From an uncultured Gammaproteobacteria bacterium (lineage in GTDB: Bacteria > Pseudomonadota > Gammaproteobacteria > Arenicellales > CAJQKF01), in assembly GCA_905478855.1 (NCBI GenBank), contig CAJQKF010000023.1:110-64109 (forward strand): DNA of 64,000 bases, given 5' to 3'. The notes below the pieces were generated by a model. It searched no databases. It saw only the letters and a list, made by a program, of their open reading frames with translations, and was not told where the DNA came from. Positions 61,296-64,000 of the stretch are shown here, one piece after another. Positions within the stretch are counted from its first letter, which is position 1, and each line of letters opens with the position of its first letter. Position numbers and translations under genes: made by a program.

Positions 61296-61462
61296 TAGTT
61301 TTCCAGTTTTTTCAGTTCCATCAGTAGACGTTATTGTTGTGTTCCTTTACCGCTGAACTCGTGGCGATATTATGTCAAGTAATGGGAATACCATGTCGCT
61401 TGGTAATATCTCAAGTTTTCTAGGGTAGAATTGAGAATCCAATACTCCTAGGCAAACTACAA

Positions 61463-62161
61463 ATGAGTCGAACGATTGCAATTGTTGAAGATGACATAGA
61501 TCAACGGGAAAATTACCGTGATGCCCTAATGGCTCATGGTTATGATGTACAACTATACAGCAACCGGCAGAATGCCAGGCAGGGCTTTCAAACGCGATTG
61601 CCGGATTTGGCCATACTCGATATTATGCTCGAGAACGATATGGATGGAGGATTTGATTTATGTCGTGAATTACGCGCACTAAGTCCAGAGTTGCCAATAA
61701 TTTTTTTGACTGCACGAAACAGTGATATTGATCGTGTTTCCGGCTTACGTTTGGATGCCTGGGACTACCTTACTAAACCCGTAAACCTAGAGTTTCTGGC
61801 AGTTCGCGTAAGCTCCCTGTTTAGAATTGCAGATACGCTTAATTCCCCCGATGATCATTCTGATAAATTGGTGGTCGGGTTGCTTGAACTCGATCAAAAC
61901 AGTATGTCTACACGTTGGAATGGAGAGCCTGTTAGCCTCACACTCACTGAATTCTGGATTGTAGAAGCTATGGCGCGACGGCCTGGACACGTAAAGACTT
62001 ACGAGGCAATGATGCAAGTTACTCGACAAAGTTATGTCGAGAAAAATACTATAAACGGTTATATTCGTCGTATTCGTAATAAGTTTAAGGAAATTGATTC
62101 GGAATTTAACTTGATTCAAACGGTGTTTGGTATTGGATATCGATGGCAACCTGAATCTTAA
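61463..62161 (+). CDS. OmpR-family two-component response regulator
   Basis: 232 aa with a receiver domain (IAIVEDD, LAILDIML, LTAR, KP) and a winged-helix C-terminus (LTLTEFWIVEAMARRPG, INGYIRRIRNKF, FGIGYRW). Confidence 0.9.
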   Translation: MSRTIAIVEDDIDQRENYRDALMAHGYDVQLYSNRQNARQGFQTRLPDLAILDIMLENDMDGGFDLCRELRALSPELPIIFLTARNSDIDRVSGLRLDAWDYLTKPVNLEFLAVRVSSLFRIADTLNSPDDHSDKLVVGLLELDQNSMSTRWNGEPVSLTLTEFWIVEAMARRPGHVKTYEAMMQVTRQSYVEKNTINGYIRRIRNKFKEIDSEFNLIQTVFGIGYRWQPES

Positions 62162-62244
62162 TCACTTTTAGCTGCCTTTCAAAAGCGATTGTTTCGTATA
62201 TCACTATGAAACATAAAAATATCTGTGGTTTTAAACATCAATGA

Positions 62245-64000
62245 GTGAGTAATTTGTTATTTTCCTTGTTCTCCGATAAGCGGGGACTAAGCCTTCGAGC
62301 AAAATTTCTATTTATCGTAGTGGCAATTGTGTCATTACCCTGGATGGGTATACGCTATGTGAATGAAATGAAAAGCTTCCTATTGCAAGGTCAAGAAGAC
62401 GCGTTATTGCTGACTGCTAAAGCCGTTGGAACGGTTTTAAACGAGAGGGATGAGTTATTTCGCCCAGATACCGGTGTCCCTGAGCTCCTTGGTGGTACTA
62501 ATGATGTGTATGCCCATCAACTTGAAAGTTTGTTACAAGTTGATGGCGATCCAATAGATTGGGGTTCTCAACTGGATACGTTGAGAGACTTTACCGGCAC
62601 TCTTGGTCAGGAGTGCACCAGTATCTACGAACCACACTCACTTTCCGTGCGTCATACCTTAGGATTCTTAAATGAATTTCTGTATGCCCTATTTATGGTC
62701 GACGATGACGTTGTTTTATATCGGGCTGATGATTTAAGACGTTTAGATCATAGTGATCAACTTCGAATGACGATAAAAGATTCGTCGGGTGAGATTTTCC
62801 GATATTTGCTGATCACACGCAAAAGTGGACGAATGAGTGTTTACCTGATGGATAAGCAGTGGCGTTATCCGTTAACGGGTGAGCCGGTGTCCAATATTAA
62901 TGCTGTGATGGTCGAAGTTGATGGAGGTTACAACATTGAACTTCGACTTCCGAGACGCTTGATAGACGCTGATTCGCGATTGGGTTTTGATATCGTTGAT
63001 GTGGACAGTCCTGAGATTCGCCTGCCTAGAGACATGATTAAGACCTACCCTGAAGCGGACGATGAACAACTTAGTCGCGTGATGATATTGAGTCCGGAGA
63101 TCGCAAGAATTCTCGGCGGTTTAAATACCCAGATAGCACGTATCTGGATTTTAGATACCGAACAACGGGTGCGAGCCGTAGTTGGCAATCCTGGAACAAA
63201 TATTCCATCTAAGCCTGAGAGCCGTTCGTTCTTCGATTCCTTTGGAAACGGCTATAACCGTCTATTTGACTGGTTGTTGCAAATGCCGTCGGATAACTTT
63301 CGAGATGTTGAAACCTCAGAAAGTCATCGTTCAGATATTGTAATTACAAAAGCGTTAAATGGTGAACAGGGCTCGAGAAGACGATTGTCATTAGATAATA
63401 GAGCCGAGATTTTAGTGGCGGCCTACCCTATTTTAAGCGCGGGAAGCGTTATCGGTGCCGTAGTCGTCGAACAAAGTTCAACTGAAGTATTAAAATTACA
63501 AGATAAGGCTCTTAAATCCGTAGCCGCAGTGACCCTAGCGGCTTTCTTGTTGATAACGTTCGCAATCTTTATATTTGCCAGTCGGTTAACCATCAGAATC
63601 CGAAGGCTTCATTTTGCCACGGAACAGGCAATTACTTCTAAGGGGCGTGTGCGGAACGAGTATGTGGATGCTTTTCCAAAAAGTACCGGTGGCGATGAAA
63701 TAAACGAGCTTTCACATAGTATAACTTCAATGCTTGGGCGTTTAAGTCAATACACGCGCTATTTGGAAGCGATGCCGGATACACTCGCACACGAATTGAA
63801 CAACCCACTGAATGTGGTCAGCTCCTCTTTAGAAATATTGTCCAATGATTCTAAGGAAGCTGGGGAAAGTAAATACATGCATCGTGCTCGTAAAGGGCTG
63901 CAGAGGTTACGATCGATATTAACCAGCCTTACCGAAGCGGCGAATCTAGAGGAAGCATTAGAATACGAGCATCGTGAAGATTTTGACCTGGTCGATTTAG
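62245..64000 (+). CDS. Sensor histidine kinase with a large periplasmic domain (partial, runs off the 3' edge)
   Basis: It is absent from the ORF track because no stop is reached. The frame is open from GTG 62245 / TTG 62254 to 64000. It has TM1 FLFIVVAIVSLPW, a ~400-aa periplasmic region, TM2 VTLAAFLLITFAIFIFA, a HAMP-like linker and the H-box AMPDTLAHELNNPLN. Confidence 0.85.
   Translation, partial: MSNLLFSLFSDKRGLSLRAKFLFIVVAIVSLPWMGIRYVNEMKSFLLQGQEDALLLTAKAVGTVLNERDELFRPDTGVPELLGGTNDVYAHQLESLLQVDGDPIDWGSQLDTLRDFTGTLGQECTSIYEPHSLSVRHTLGFLNEFLYALFMVDDDVVLYRADDLRRLDHSDQLRMTIKDSSGEIFRYLLITRKSGRMSVYLMDKQWRYPLTGEPVSNINAVMVEVDGGYNIELRLPRRLIDADSRLGFDIVDVDSPEIRLPRDMIKTYPEADDEQLSRVMILSPEIARILGGLNTQIARIWILDTEQRVRAVVGNPGTNIPSKPESRSFFDSFGNGYNRLFDWLLQMPSDNFRDVETSESHRSDIVITKALNGEQGSRRRLSLDNRAEILVAAYPILSAGSVIGAVVVEQSSTEVLKLQDKALKSVAAVTLAAFLLITFAIFIFASRLTIRIRRLHFATEQAITSKGRVRNEYVDAFPKSTGGDEINELSHSITSMLGRLSQYTRYLEAMPDTLAHELNNPLNVVSSSLEILSNDSKEAGESKYMHRARKGLQRLRSILTSLTEAANLEEALEYEHREDFDLVDL

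Overview
This 64-kb window is a chromosomal segment of a gammaproteobacterium, AT-leaning by eye, and consists almost entirely of conserved core genes. It is strongly syntenic with two Pseudomonas-type neighbourhoods. (i) A minor-pilin operon (fimU-like, pilV, pilW, pilX, extra orf, pilY1, pilE) is followed by ispH-fkpB-lspA-[ileS absent]-ribF-DUF2203-murJ / rpsT / proB-obg-rpmA-rplU / ispB. (ii) tRNA-Pro, merR-like, ihfA-pheT-pheS-rplT-rpmI-infC-thrS, tRNA-Val, uvrB. The window also holds argD, a TetR + RND(MMPL/COG1033) + LolA-like + beta-barrel export module, a tas / glycerate-kinase-like / dgcN / dgcA / EamA block, and pncB. Further on are an intact orphan fimT next to tRNA-Asn, several transporters, a bactofilin, and an OmpR-type response regulator with a partial sensor kinase at the 3' edge. 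There are three tRNAs. I saw no rRNA, CRISPR array, transposase, integrase, phage gene or recognisable defence gene. I did not find a clear-cut novel multi-gene system. The most unusual signal is that four (possibly five) non-housekeeping genes are each interrupted only by single in-frame stop codons, with no frameshifts, and those whose ancestral codon can be inferred fit G:C->A:T transitions. Other points worth a second look are: the clean absence of ileS from the otherwise conserved ribF-lspA junction; a secreted WD40 + 3x84-aa tandem repeat + DUF3011-like mosaic gene; an adaptor-less RND/LolA-like/barrel module; an extra secreted ORF inside the minor-pilin operon; and a FimT carrying a GRxR-type motif. 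All family calls come from motif recognition by eye and from memory of family consensus. No searches or folding calculations were run.
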